A stretch of DNA of 64,000 nucleotides from Octopus vulgaris. Its lineage: Eukaryota. The stretch is from the NCBI GenBank assembly GCA_951406725.2, contig OX597818.1:84444001-84508000 (forward strand), read 5' to 3'. Position 1 is the first letter of the stretch. The number at the start of each line of letters is the position of its first letter. The notes under the pieces were generated by a model, which did no database searches, was not told where the DNA came from, and saw only the letters and a list, made by a program, of their open reading frames with translations. Position numbers and translations under genes: made by a program. Positions 1 through 12,263 of the stretch are shown here, piece by piece.

Positions 1-49
1 CACACACACACACACTCGCAAACTCACACACATATATATATATATATAT

Positions 50-765
50 GAAATAAAGGGAGATCGCTAGTTACTCAAATTTTGAGCTAGGAAATTTATC
101 CTGTAACACCATTTTTAATTTCTCTAGCATTTAACAACATTTCGTGAGTATTATATAGTTTTTATACACCTTATATTTTAAATACAAACTATTTTTTCTT
201 CGAACACCGGAAATTATATCCCAACTAATTTAATTCCTAAATAACACCAATGATACTCATCCAATCTTTATTTACATTTTCCAATATAATTCTTGTATAT
301 TACACCCCTCACGACAAGCTACATCCGTCTTTCTACCACCTCACTCAGATAAACCTTTACAACTATAAATATAATACATTTTTTTTTTATGAATTTGATG
401 CTTTAGTAGCACTTTAACGTTCAATGTTAGCTTAATTTTAAACGATAAATTTCTAATCACATGAACTCTGCGTCTTTCGAAGTACTTTGTTTACATTTGT
501 AAATTCTTAAACACAGTCTTCAAATAAGTCATTTCGTAACTCAAGACTAAATTATACTTATTTTTTCCTGAAGATATCTAACAATATACCGCATATTACA
601 TCTTTAAAAGTTAAAATTATTGATGATTATTGATGATTCATTTATGCTTGTTCTTATAAGTGTATATTTTAGCCTTTTAATTTGCATTACTTTTCCTTTT
701 GTAATACAAATAAAATGAACCAAGCATCTTTTTAATTTTTCTTCTCCATTTTCTTTTACTGATTT
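50..765 (+). mobile_element. PLE pseudo-LTR-like repeat, copy 1 (family also at 29505-31697 and 33022-33826)
   Basis: Colinear with 33040-33826 (ctagttactca..ttttga.ctagg, ctgtaacacc, gtatattacaccc, aatacaaataaaatg, ttcttctccatttt). Retains hammerhead 5' core CTGAAGA at 568-574, but the GAAA half is deleted. Flanked by (TA)n. Confidence 0.65.
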
Positions 766-821
766 TTTAATCATATATATATATATATATATATATATTG
801 TTATGTATGTATGTATGCATG

Positions 822-865
<44 letters not shown>

Positions 866-1717
866 TATATCTGTATATATATATATGTATGTGTATCTAT
901 ACGCGCGTGTATGCATATATATATATATATATATAATTAATTAATCAATTTTTGCAGGATCTATTTCAATCAAAGTATATTCTTTATGAGGCAAAACTTA
1001 AATGTTAAAAATTGGATTTAGATTTTTATTCACCCGAAGAAAATTTTTTTTTCTTTATAAAGTAATAAATTTGTTCCTCAATAAAAAAAAAACGCGTCCG
1101 AAACAGCTGTAGTGAATCTTAACTCATTTCTGTTCTTTCCTAAATGTGTGCGTGTGTGTATGTGTGTGTGTACACCCACACGCACATTTTTGATCCGCAC
1201 AAATATATTAATACCAAAAAGAATATACATAATAAACACACGTTAACCAACAGAAAATTTCAGGCGGGATCCGCGAAGAAGACACTTCGCGCTCTAACTC
1301 CTTATTTTACCATGTGAATACGGAACATAAAACGAGGTTCTGCGAAAACTTTCAAGGTATTCGGTCCATTGGTGTACCGTTTCTGCCAATAAATCTCATT
1401 CTTTGATTTAGAGAAATGTTTCTTTACATTTCGTACAATTTGCATAGAATCACTTAACCCAGTGGATTGCCTTAGCAGCATCAAATAATAAAAGCAACGG
1501 CAATTTTAATGTTGCAGAAACTCCGTGTGTTTTCAATCGGTAAGGCAAGTGTTGGTTCTATATAAGTGCATATATAAAAATACATGCATATACAAAAACG
1601 GTAAAGTATAAATGAACATATACATAAAACATACAGGCAAATATGTGTGTGTGTGTGTTTGTGTACGTGTGTTTGTATGCGTGTGTATATGTGTGTGCGT
1701 ATGTCTGTATATATACA

Positions 1718-1761
<44 letters not shown>

Positions 1762-1875
1762 TATATACAAACAGACATATATGTATACACACTTATATAT
1801 ATACACACACAAACATGCATATTCACATACATAAAATTATACACAAATATACATGTATACATTTATATACACATT

Positions 1876-1947
<72 letters not shown>

Positions 1948-2120
1948 TACATGCATGCATGCATACGTACATATGTGTGTGTGTGAATGTATGTAGTATG
2001 TGTGTGTATATATGTAAATATGCATGCATATATATTTATATATGTACGCACGCATATATGTACATACATAAACTCATACATTTATACCAATTCAAAAGTT
2101 ACGTGTGTGTGTGCGTGTAC

Positions 2121-2182
<62 letters not shown>

Positions 2183-2819
2183 TCTCACTCTCAACCTCGC
2201 TACGCTACGCTCGGAACTTTCCGTTCAACTCAGTTTCCGGTGAATGATTTCTCGCTTGTTATCGTGAGAAAACCTGTTAAAATCTCTAGCCTTTGGATCC
2301 ATCATTCATCCTCCCAGCTTACCAGCATTGCTTCTTTTACAGAAGAATGGTTTAAAATGGCTGTACGATGGAGCTTGCGCAGGCTGGTGGAACTGGTATT
2401 TAAATGTAAAGATAACTTGGTCGAGGAATAAGTGCCTTGGAAATTTGTGTTGTGTTTTTTCCAATAACTATTCTCCCATCTTCTTCTGATAGTTATCGAC
2501 TTGCTGTTTCTATAATCACATATCGAGCATGTTTTTACAATCGTTTCTTAATGATTCGATAAGTACTTGACATCTTTGATCCATTCATTCATTTATCTAA
2601 TCCTTTATTCATTCTGTTATTTTTTATTCCGTTATTCATTCTTTCATTGTTTGCATGCTGGTTTGTGGCCACACGCTCCCATTCTGATGGTTTATTTAAT
2701 GTAATTTTATTTCATGCTTTCTCTAATGTTAGTTTATTTCTTGACATTTTTAACCTCCCACTTCTAACTACAATTAAAGGAAGACTTGAATGTCTTTTCG
2801 TTTATCCTTTTTTTAAAAT

Positions 2820-3026
2820 TGTATTTGTTTCAGTCTTCGAACTGTGGCCATATTGGAGTACCGCCTTGAAAGGTTTAGTACAAGAAACCCCCCCCCCCGC
2901 CTAACAAATCGACCTCAGGGCTTATTCTTTGTAAATCCAGTAGTTATTTTATCGGTCTCAATCTATCGATTGTCAAGCGATAGTGAAGGGACAAACAGAT
3001 ACAAAGCCACACGTTAATATATGTAC

Positions 3027-3070
<44 letters not shown>

Positions 3071-3233
3071 GACAGGCTTATTTTAGTTTCCGTCTGTTAA
3101 ATCCACTCAGAAGGCTCAGGTCGGCCCAAGGCTATATTAGACGACACTTTCCCATGGTGCCACGCAGTGGGACTAAACCCAGAACCATGAGGTTTGGAAG
3201 CAAGCTTCTAACCACTTACCTAAGCCTGCGCCT
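2820..3233 (-). mobile_element. tRNA-derived SINE family A
   Basis: Reverse complement of the family A copy at 16874-17297 (gtgccacgcagtgggact, agacact, gtttcagtc). Confidence 0.85.
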
Positions 3234-3287
3234 CTATATATTGTAAATAGGTAGGGTAAAATTCCAGCTGATTCTACCGAACCAAAA

Positions 3288-3699
3288 GTGGATGTCTTGT
3301 TAGAAGGCTGAATACTGCGATATTAGACTTGAGAGATCTTCTCCTATAGGCGCATAGGGCGTAAAATCAGAGATATAAATCTTAGATGAGAATCTGCTGT
3401 TATGGGCGCTTTAGACTGCTAGATCACGTGATTTCAGTCAACTGAACTTCCTTCGTAGCAGGCGTCTGGTCACCGCATACCGTGGCAGTGTGGTTTGGCT
3501 GCTATCCGGTGACCAGACGCTTGTCACTGAGGAAGTCTAGGGACGTAAAATCACGACGTGATCTGGCAGTTCTAGTACCCATAACAAACGATTTTCGACC
3601 ACTATGATTTATGTCTCTTCATTTATGCACTATGCACCTATATGAGAGGGCCTCTCAAGGCTAATACAGTAGTATACAGCGTTCTAATAAGATATTCAC
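3288..3699. mobile_element. Foldback/MITE-like element with about 190-bp imperfect inverted arms
   Basis: Arms pair along their length: gtggatgtcttgttagaa / ttctaataagatattcac and gcgtctggtcaccg / cggtgaccagacgc. No ORF. Confidence 0.7.
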
Positions 3700-3932
3700 G
3701 TTAAGTCCTATATAAAGATAGCTCTTTGGTACTAGTATCGCTTCTATCGATAATTATATCATAATAAAAATAATAATCATACAACTCGTGCGCCACTCAA
3801 CATCTTCATGACTGCAAGCTTCAACTTCAAAGGAAGTCTACATCTGGCCTTCATTTCATACTATGCTTGTTGCTTTGTTGTCTTTGAAATAGCACGCAAA
3901 TCCGTCTGTCTGTCTATCTATCTATCTATCTA

Positions 3933-4006
<74 letters not shown>

Positions 4007-4021
4007 AATATATATATATAT

Positions 4022-4224
4022 GATTATCGCGGGTGTTACGTTCCAAAACCGCACGCGAAATAGAAGCAGTACTGTACTGTACATTTTTTAATCATTTTTT
4101 ATAATTTGTATATATTTTATTATAAATGCACAACAACACCACAGAAGAATCGACGTAAGCTTGAATAATAAACCATGATTGGTAAACCGCGATAGATAAA
4201 TCGCGATATGGTGAGGGATTACTG
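4022..4224. mobile_element. Tigger/pogo-like MITE, left end truncated
   Basis: Right end cgcgatatggtgagggattactg reads CAGTAATCCCTC.. on the other strand, a pogo/Tigger-type TIR. Left end attatcgcgggtgttacgttcc matches the inner TIR. Confidence 0.6.
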
Positions 4225-4261
4225 TGTGATTGTGTGTGTGTATATATTTCAAAATGTGACC

Positions 4262-4457
4262 TCGTGTGTACCATCGGCAATTTTTTTTCCTCTGTCTTCC
4301 CTTCTCTCGATCTTTCCTTCTCCTATGTTTCCGACGAAGAGCTCCGCTCGAAATGTTAAACCCTCCTTCTTTCCTTCTTTCCTGAGCGTCCAATAATACT
4401 ATATTTGTTCCACGTCCTCGCGTTGTTGTGTTTTTTTGTGCTTTCTTGTTTGGATTA

Positions 4458-4465
<8 letters not shown>
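4262..4465 (+). mobile_element. Short PLE-derived repeat with decayed minimal hammerhead (4327-4361)
   Basis: GTTT-CCGACGA-A-GAGC/tcc/GCTC-GAAA-TGT-T-AAAC. Homologous to the minus-strand copy at 61028-61218. Ends in (TA)n. Confidence 0.7.
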
Positions 4466-4489
<24 letters not shown>

Positions 4490-4989
4490 CAAAAAATGGA
4501 ACAAGAACGCAACATACTACAATAAAACATCCGGACAGATTGACGATACAAAGAAGGACAGGAAAAACAACAAAGGGACAGACAAGAAAAAAACAAGAAC
4601 GGGCCATTCATAGCCTTCTCTCCTCAGTCAAGTTTCCACATTATCCTTATAGTTTCGGTCGGTTGCACTTGACACTGTTCAAATCTGGCTGGCGCCAAAA
4701 ATCTAAGCTAAGCTCATTTGGGGAGAAAGCAAGCGAATGTGTACGACAACAAAGAATCCCCCTCCTACCCCAAAAAAACGGAGAAAATGTTACACAACAA
4801 GAAAATAACAGCATAAAGGTAATCCAGAGTGCTACATAATAGAAGGGAAGATTAGGTACATTCACTATTTCCTCTTATTTCTAACTTTATTTTCATGGAG
4901 CCCCAGGATTGATGAGGCCAGTATTCTACTCAATTTTCATAGCATTTAAGTTACTCAAATTAGTAAGCGACCCACTAAACAGGGGTTTA

Positions 4990-5135
4990 CTTCCTATATA
5001 TAACTGGAACTCATTTACAGCTGTGTGAGCTTGATCAAACTGAAATGAAGCATTTTGTTCAAGAACACAACATAGCGCCTGATCCGGGAATCGAAACTAT
5101 GTTCTTACGCCGTTGAGGTCCAAAACCTTAATCAC
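4990..5135 (-). mobile_element. Degraded SINE family C head fragment
   Basis: ttgttcaagaacacaac..gcgcctgatccgggaatcgaaac resembles the reverse complement of the tRNA-like head at 60582 and 46975-47138. Confidence 0.5.
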
Positions 5136-5140
5136 TCTCT

Positions 5141-5553
5141 TGTACTCTTTTACTCTTTTGCCTGTTTCAGTCATTTGACTGTGGCCATACAGGAGCACCG
5201 CCTTTAGTCGTGCAAATTGACCCCAGGACTTATTCTTTGTGAGCCTAGTACTATTCTATCGGTTCTTTTGCCGAACCGCTAAGTTACGGGGACGTATACA
5301 CACAAGCATCGGTTGTCAAGCGACGTTGAGGGGACAAACACAGACACACAAACATACACACACACATAAATATATATATGTACATATATACATATATATA
5401 CATATATACGACAGGCTTCTTTCAAATTCCCTCACAAGGCTTTGGTCGGACCGAGGCTATAATAGAAGACACTTTCCCAAGGTGCCACGCAGTGGGACTG
5501 AACCCGGAACCATGTGGTTCGTAAGCAAGCTACTTACCTCACAGCCACCGCCC
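5141..5553 (-). mobile_element. SINE family A, full length
   Basis: tRNA-like head, central domain, internal microsatellite and (TTTTACTC)-type tail all present. Confidence 0.9.
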
Positions 5554-5749
5554 AGATACCTTAATTTTTTTTTTTTTTTAATAGATGACCTAAAATTGCC
5601 GGCTGCAAATGTTCCTTGATTTAAAGTGTACTCAAGAGAGTTGATGCTCTAACAATACTGAGAAAAGTGTCAGCCAATCAAATTACAGAGTGAGGAGTAG
5701 GATCAACCTGCTTGTCCACTTCACAGAATTGTCTATTTCCTGCAATCTT

Positions 5750-6030
5750 CCAGACGAGATAAAAATCTTAATATGCTATTGCAAATGAAAAATGAATAAT
5801 TTCTTAAACTCATCACAGGGGCACGATATCTATGCCTTTAATGCATTTGCAGTGGCAGCATATGGTTTGGCTGTATTATTATACTGGAACGTAACACACC
5901 TAGACCTTATTGACAATAATATGACAAACCAACTAACAAAAACATCGCATACTATACAATAAGTTTCACACCCGATATCTCCCACTCATAACCTTAAATT
6001 GTTGGATAGGTGATTATTGAGCGCAAAGGA
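5750..6030 (+). pseudogene. Decayed non-LTR retrotransposon RT fragment (R4/Dong-like)
   Basis: Manual translation from 5828: IYAFNAFAVAAYGLAVLLYWNVTHLDLIDNNMTNQLT, then DR*LLS. Resembles the post-catalytic AIN.FA.....Y..G...W....L..ID...R..LT..GRGL pattern of R4-clade RTs. Confidence 0.45.
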
Positions 6031-6340
6031 AGAATTTAAGAAGGCAATCATTAATGTTACCCACTATGTTTCTATCTCACAAGAATGTCTTGTTGATTAT
6101 GATCGTACAAAAGTGGAAAATCAATTATCACCGCAGCGACGAAATTCGACCGAAATTGGATTACATTTCGAACAAACAAGTAAAGTGTAAGCCTAAAGTA
6201 GCAGCAATAACGGAGATGTTGATGACGCATAACTTAACCATGGTAAATTGCCAGCTATAAAGGTATGCTTTACATGGCCAACACTTCCGAGAACTATTTG
6301 GTCCAAAAATAAATTAAAAATAACAATATAGTTTAGCCAT

Positions 6341-6845
6341 AGGCGTAATAAAGTAGTCAGAAACTTGCTGCTATCCGCAAGGTTCCGAGAACTATTTTGT
6401 CCAAATATAAATTAAAAATAACAAAATATATTAGCTAAGGTTCCGAGTTCGGTCTCATTGCATGGCACCTTGGTCAAGTGACATTTTATTGTTCCTCCGC
6501 GCCGGCTAAAACATTGTGAGTGGATTTGGTGGACGGAAACTGACAGAAACTCATAGGCTAGATATATGTATACATAGTAAGTATATATATAGAATATGTA
6601 GTTTGGATATGTGTATATATAGTATGTATGTATGTTGCTTTATTATAAAAGCAAACATTAATATTTGCTTTTATAAGTACAGACAATTTTACATTAAACC
6701 GAAGGATTATTCAGCCATAATATTATCGACAGTTACTTCGAAGATTCGGTCGGCTAAGCCATCATTGATGACTATTTTTTATGGTGACGTTAAGTTATGG
6801 TAACATAAACAAACCAACACTGGTTGTCAAGCGGTCGGGAAGCGA
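6341..6845 (+). mobile_element. Degraded, interrupted SINE family A
   Basis: ggcaccttggtcaagtg..ttgtgagtggatttggtggacggaaactga at 6464-6545. Confidence 0.65.
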
Positions 6846-7344
6846 ACATAAACAAACCAACACTGGTTATCAAGTGATAGAGAAGCACAAACCCAAAGCA
6901 AATAAACACACATATTCATATATACACACACTCACACATACATATACGTACACATACACACATATACACACACACATATACACACACACACGAACAACAC
7001 ATTCGCACGCGCGCGCACATACATATATATATGTATACGAAGAAAAGTAACGACGTTTCTTTCTGATAGGACCCCATAGAAGAGGTGCCTGAGGTCTCTA
7101 TCCCCGCAACCCGCCAAGGAAAAATGCACTGAGAAAATGGGTGGATGGATGGATTGATTGATGGATGGATGGATGGATGGATGGATGGATGGATGGATGG
7201 ATGGATGGATGGATGGATGGATGGTAGTCAAAGAGTTGGGTTTCTCGTCCATAAGTGACACGGCTTGTGTGACTCACAATCACTTCAGCAACAATAATGA
7301 CAGATTTGTAATCTCTCATTACTTTCATAAATGTTCCACCCACA

Positions 7345-7699
7345 CCACCATCGATTTGTTCCCCCTTAACTTTCAGGAAAATGGCTATTTTTTAATGAAA
7401 TTTTCTGAAAATACCTTTCAGATGGTGTACATTACGATTATATCGGAATTTAATGTGAAAAATAAATGGTGGGTGCATGCACATATATACTGACACGCAT
7501 CAAATAATTTTTTTTTTTCAAAATTTCAAGTCTCATTTTGTAGTTATATATGTGCACGCCCAACAAGTAATTTTTTTCTTTAACATTATATTCCGCTATA
7601 ATCGTAATCTACATCACTTGAAAGGCTTTTATAGAAAATTTCATTTAAAAATATCTAATTTTCTTTTTAAAGTTATGAGGAAACAAAATCGGGGGCGGC
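7345..7699. mobile_element. Foldback/MITE-like element, about 150-bp inverted arms
   Basis: aatgaaattttct..attacgattatatcggaatttaatgt..tgcacatatata pairs with tatatatgtgca..acattatattccgctataatcgtaat..agaaaatttcatt. Confidence 0.7.
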
Positions 7700-7803
7700 A
7701 CACTTGTGTAGGTATACCTGTATAAGAGATGAATACATAGCGTTTGTAAATATTGTCAATGCATTCTCATACAGTATTTGTAAACCTTGAATATTTGTAT
7801 ATA

Positions 7804-8708
7804 CGAAATGGTAGGAAAAAGTTCTCGGACTAGTTTTGTAGCGCACCAATCGATGGCAGCACACAGTTACGTGCACAGTGAGAACTAGCAGTGATCTTCA
7901 TGAGGCAGTGTACCGAGTGGCATCTCTGTATTTACTTTACAAGTTCTGAAATTTGTGTTTTTGTGATAACGTGTATGCTGCAGTGTGCGATTTTGTCATG
8001 GACAGGAAGTTGGAACAAAGAGCTAACGTGAAATTTTGCGTTAAACTCGGGGAATCTTCTACAGAGATACTCAGCATGTTTGGGCAAGCTTACGGCGACG
8101 AGGCAATGGATCATATGCAATGTTTAGAGTGGCATGGGCGCTTTTATAGCGGAAGAACTTCCCTGGAAGACGATGAGCGATCTGGAAAACCTGCCACGAA
8201 CTCAATTCCCGGAAATGTGGTATTATACATCACAAATTCTTTCCCCAGGGCCAGATTGTCGATCGAAAGTTTTGCTGCGACGTTTTGAAGCTTTTCAGGG
8301 AGGACATTCGATGAATGCGACCGGATCTGTGGAGCTTGAAGAATTGGCGACCTCTCCTCACTCGTGAGTTTCTCGCCAAAACCAAAGTGGTATCTCTCCA
8401 ATATCCGCTCTATTCGCCAAATTAAGCACTTGCGGACTTCCATCTCTTCACCAAGATGAATATGCAGCCCAAAGGTCGATGTTTTTACGCTGTTGTCGAG
8501 ATCCAGGGCGAATCGGAGAAGGTCCTCGATTCGCTTACAGAAAACTTCTCGGCCGGATTCCAAAGGTGGTAGGAACGTTGGGACCGGTGTATTACTGTGC
8601 AGGGTGACTCTTTTGAAGGAGATGATCTTAAAATAATGTTTAATGGAAAGTCAATAATTTTTTATTAAACATAACTAGTCCGTACGGGAATCTTTCGATA
8701 CCACTTCA
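7804..8708 (+). mobile_element. Internally deleted mariner transposon
   Basis: Imperfect TIRs cgaaatggtaggaaaaagttctcggactagt / actagtccgtacgggaatctttcgataccacttca, flanked by TA (7802-7803, 8709-8710). Confidence 0.9.
7998..8630 (+). pseudogene. Mariner transposase pseudogene
   Basis: MDRKLEQRANVKFCVKLGESSTEILSMFGQAYGDEAM..WHGRFYSGRTSLEDDERSGKP is the typical mariner N-terminal HTH. Followed by a large deletion and frameshifted C-terminal remnants. Confidence 0.88.
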
Positions 8709-9121
8709 TATCTTTCCCGAGGTGTACATAATTTGTTCAGAAACAATCATGTCTTGGGTGTATTTACAAAATCATAAAACAATAATGATGGTTTATATAA
8801 TGTATAACAAAGGAATAAAGGAGAATATTAGTTAGGGGTCAGGGAGGGTTGATTTAAATCTGTCCCGGTAGTTGGGTGATATTTTAGTTCAAATGTCAAT
8901 ATTATTGACATTTGAACTCAAAACTTAACGAAAGTAACGGAAGAAAATTCCCTAAAGCAAACTTAAACTTATCTGGAAAACACTTAATCTCTCCCGCTCT
9001 GTGTATATATTTCTCTTTGTGTGTGTGTGTATGTATCCTCTCTTTGCTCACTCTCGCTTTCCCTCTTTGTTTGTCTGACTCCCTCTGTCTCTCTCTTACG
9101 CTCTCTCCCTACCCCACTTGC

Positions 9122-9152
<31 letters not shown>

Positions 9153-9334
9153 GTATTCTTTTATTCTTTTACTTTTCTTTTACTCTTTTATTTGCTTCAG
9201 TCATTTTGACTGCGGCCATGCTGGAGCACCTATGTATGTATGTCTTTGTTTTGGAAAATTCCTGATGTGAAATCGTGTTAAAACAGATTTTGCTATATTT
9301 CAAGAAAAATTATGGCCATCTCCAAATATAACTA

Positions 9335-9394
<60 letters not shown>

Positions 9395-9395
<1 letters not shown>

Positions 9396-9605
9396 CGGGA
9401 AAGTTTACGAAAATAAACAAAAGACGAAGGCAGGTGGAGTACAAACAAACAAATGTATTAGTATAGCGCTCAGAAATAGAAATAGAAAAAGTATTTTACG
9501 TTTCGAGCCTACGCTCTTCGACAGAAAGATACACAGAAAAAAACAAGTAGAGAAACAAGGAGAGAGAAAAAATGCATGTAGGAGCTACCGATCTATCATG
9601 GCGTC
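9395..9605 (-). mobile_element. Short PLE-derived repeat with A6U hammerhead-like motif (9494-9528)
   Basis: Minus strand CTTT-CTGTCGA-A-GAGC/gtag/GCTC-GAAA-CGT-A-AAA. Homologous to 44256-44447 and 60908-61020. Abuts (TA)n. Confidence 0.7.
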
Positions 9606-9651
9606 CTGACCATATATGTATATATATGTATGTATGTATATGATATTATTA

Positions 9652-9728
<77 letters not shown>

Positions 9729-9864
9729 GTTATTATTGTATATTTTCCAATGTGACTTTCTTAAGACAGAAGTGGGTGATCTGTCGGAACATTACGGTCA
9801 TCTGTAGCCGATCCAGCGTGGACTCGCTCGGACATTAATAAACTTGTGGATCGAAGTAGTGCCT

Positions 9865-9949
<85 letters not shown>

Positions 9950-10062
9950 ATGTAGGTAGTGAGGTGCTGGGAGTCTATGTGTAGTGATTTGTACCGCTGA
10001 TAGTTGTCTATGTTAAATCTAGGGTCAGATCTGAGTGAGCAGTTCTGTGATCATTGTCATTC

Positions 10063-10146
10063 CACGTAACTGTGTGCTGCCATCTATCGGTGCGCTACAA
10101 AACTAGTCCGAGAACTTTTTGATACCGTCTCGTATATACAAATATA
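10063..10146 (-). mobile_element. Inverted copy of the mariner left end plus flank
   Basis: Reverse complement matches 7791-7873 (atatttgtatatacga..aaaaagttctcggactagttttgtagcgcacc.at.gatggcagcacacagttacgtg). Confidence 0.85.
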
Positions 10147-10349
10147 CCCTTTTCTTCTCCTTTTCTTTTCAAATGTTTTTGTTTCTTCCATATGTAGAGG
10201 GTAATTATGACTATGTTATCCAATATGGGGTATGAGTTAAGAGAGATTTGGCTATTATTTCCAGCTAAATAAAGGATCCCTGTGAGGCACCATCTTTGTT
10301 TCGCATTCTAATTGTATTGCAGATGATAGTGATGGCGGCAGGGGTAAAG

Positions 10350-11054
10350 AGAGACAGTCATGGTTGTTGTTTTTGTTGTTGTTGTTGGTGGTGGTGGCGG
10401 TGGTGGCGTGGTACTGGGGCTGGTGCTGATGGTAGTGGCGGTAGTAGTGGTGGTAGTGGTGGTAGTGATGGTGGTTATGGTGGTGGTTGTGGTACTGGGG
10501 CTAGTGCTGATGATGGTGGTGGTAGTGGTTGTGGTGGTGATGGTGGTGGTAGAATGGGGGTTAGTGATAGTTATGATGTTGGGGGTGAAATGGTGGTAGT
10601 TGTAGTAATGGTGGTGGTGGTGGTGCTGCTGCTGCTGGTGGTGGTGATAGTGGTGGTGGTAGTGGTGGTGGTGGTGGTGGTGACAGGTAGCCCAGATTTA
10701 GCGGAGTGAGGGAAAATTAACTGAAGGGAGATAATCAGAGGGCCCAAGGGAGATAATTACAGACCAGCCGGGCACAAGTAAATTAAGCAAAGGGATATTT
10801 TTCCTTTACTGGAAAAAAAAGTGAAAGACAGTGACGGAGAGCATCAATGTGGATGACATGTATGAACGAGTGAGCGAGGGACTGAATGAATGAGTGAGTG
10901 AGTGAGTGAGTGAGTGAGTGAGTGAGTGAGTGAGTGAGTGAGTGAGTGAGTGAGTGAGTGAGTGCGTGTGAGGGATCGATAATTGTTTGAGCATGTATGG
11001 GTTAAGTAGAAGTATGTGTTTGTGCGTGTTTGTTCATCTGTGTGCGTATGAGTA

Positions 11055-11095
<41 letters not shown>

Positions 11096-12040
11096 AAGAG
11101 AGTATGTGCGTAAATGTATGTGCTTATGCCTGCAACTTTGTGTGAGTGTGTGTGTGGGGTGTGCGTGTGTGTGAGTGTGTTTGCAATTGTGTGTGATATT
11201 GATACGAGTGTATGTAAGTATGAGGATATGTTTGTGTATGGGTAATTGTGAATGTGCGTGCGTGCATCCGTGTGTGTGTGTATTCGTCTGTATGTGGTGT
11301 GTGTGTGTGTATGCGTATGTATGTGTGTGCGTATGTGTGTGTATATATGTTTGTGTGTGTGTGTTTGAGTGTTTGTGTGTGCATGTTAAGAATGTTTGGC
11401 ATTCGCTCAGCCACGATATAAAAGTCGTTGCGACACAGATGGGAGGTAAGAGAGAGAGCGAGTGACAGAGAGACAGAGAGAGAGACAGAGAGACAGAGAG
11501 ACAGAGAACAGAGAAAAGCAGAGGGACAGAGAGTGAGAAAGAGGGGGAAGTGGCAACGGCGGTGACGGTGGTGATGGTGAGAGGTGAAAGAATGTGCAAG
11601 AAGACAAACAAACAAGGAAGTATCCAACCGTACGGAAGGGAAAGATGGGACAGACACTGGGTATAATAGTCACTCCGCTGTTATTGATGGTTATGATCAT
11701 AATGATCTGGGTGGCGCTGATGCAGGTGGCGGCGGCGGTGGCGTTGGTGATGGCTGTGGTGACGTTGCTTGTTGTGGGTGTGTTGCTGGTCGTAGTGGTG
11801 GTGGTGGTGGTGCTGGTGCTGGTGGTGCTGGTGGTTGTGGTGGTGGTGGTGCTGGTGGTGGCGGCGGTGGTGGTGCTGGCGGCGGCGGTGGTGGTGGTGG
11901 TGGCGGCGGCGGCGACAGTGGTGGTGATGGTGGTGGCGGTGGTGGTGGTGGTGGCGGCGGCGGTGGTGGTGGTTGTGGTGGCGGTGGTGGTGGTGCTGGT
12001 AGTGGTGGTGATGAAGACGGTGTCGGTGCTCGATCGTAAA
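10350..12040. repeat. Compound simple repeats (GGT)n, (GAGT)n, (GT)n, (GA)n, (GGC/GGT)n
   Basis: Direct inspection. Accounts for the poly-Gly/poly-Val ORFs. Confidence 0.9.
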
Positions 12041-12219
12041 GGACTGGGATAGAAGAAAGGGAATTCAGATTGGTTTCTCTGTTATTCTTTTAATACTTTC
12101 TCTTGATATCATCGTCCACCACGTTTAACGTCGTCATCGTTGCTGCAACCGTCTTCATCATCGTCATCGTTGTTTTTTTTGTTTTGTTTTCCTTTCCTTG
12201 TTGTCAGAGTCCGTGCTCC

Positions 12220-12250
<31 letters not shown>

Positions 12251-12263
12251 TTGCTGCTACTCT

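Noticed and set aside
1290-1560. Minus-strand peptide LLLLFDAAKAIHWV resembling an RT motif
   Set aside because: Single weak motif with stops nearby and no other RT motifs.
2230-2285. ggtgaatga followed by a tttctcgc/gtgagaaa hairpin as a hammerhead
   Set aside because: Core register and stems I and III cannot be assigned consistently.
4643-4686. Minus-strand TTGAACA..GACC-GAAA hammerhead-like string
   Set aside because: U3-C8 mismatch and no stem I pairing; at most a decayed relic.
10296-12052. Gly-rich ORFs resembling structural proteins
   Set aside because: (GGT/GGC)n simple repeats, also open as poly-Val; no splice or domain support.
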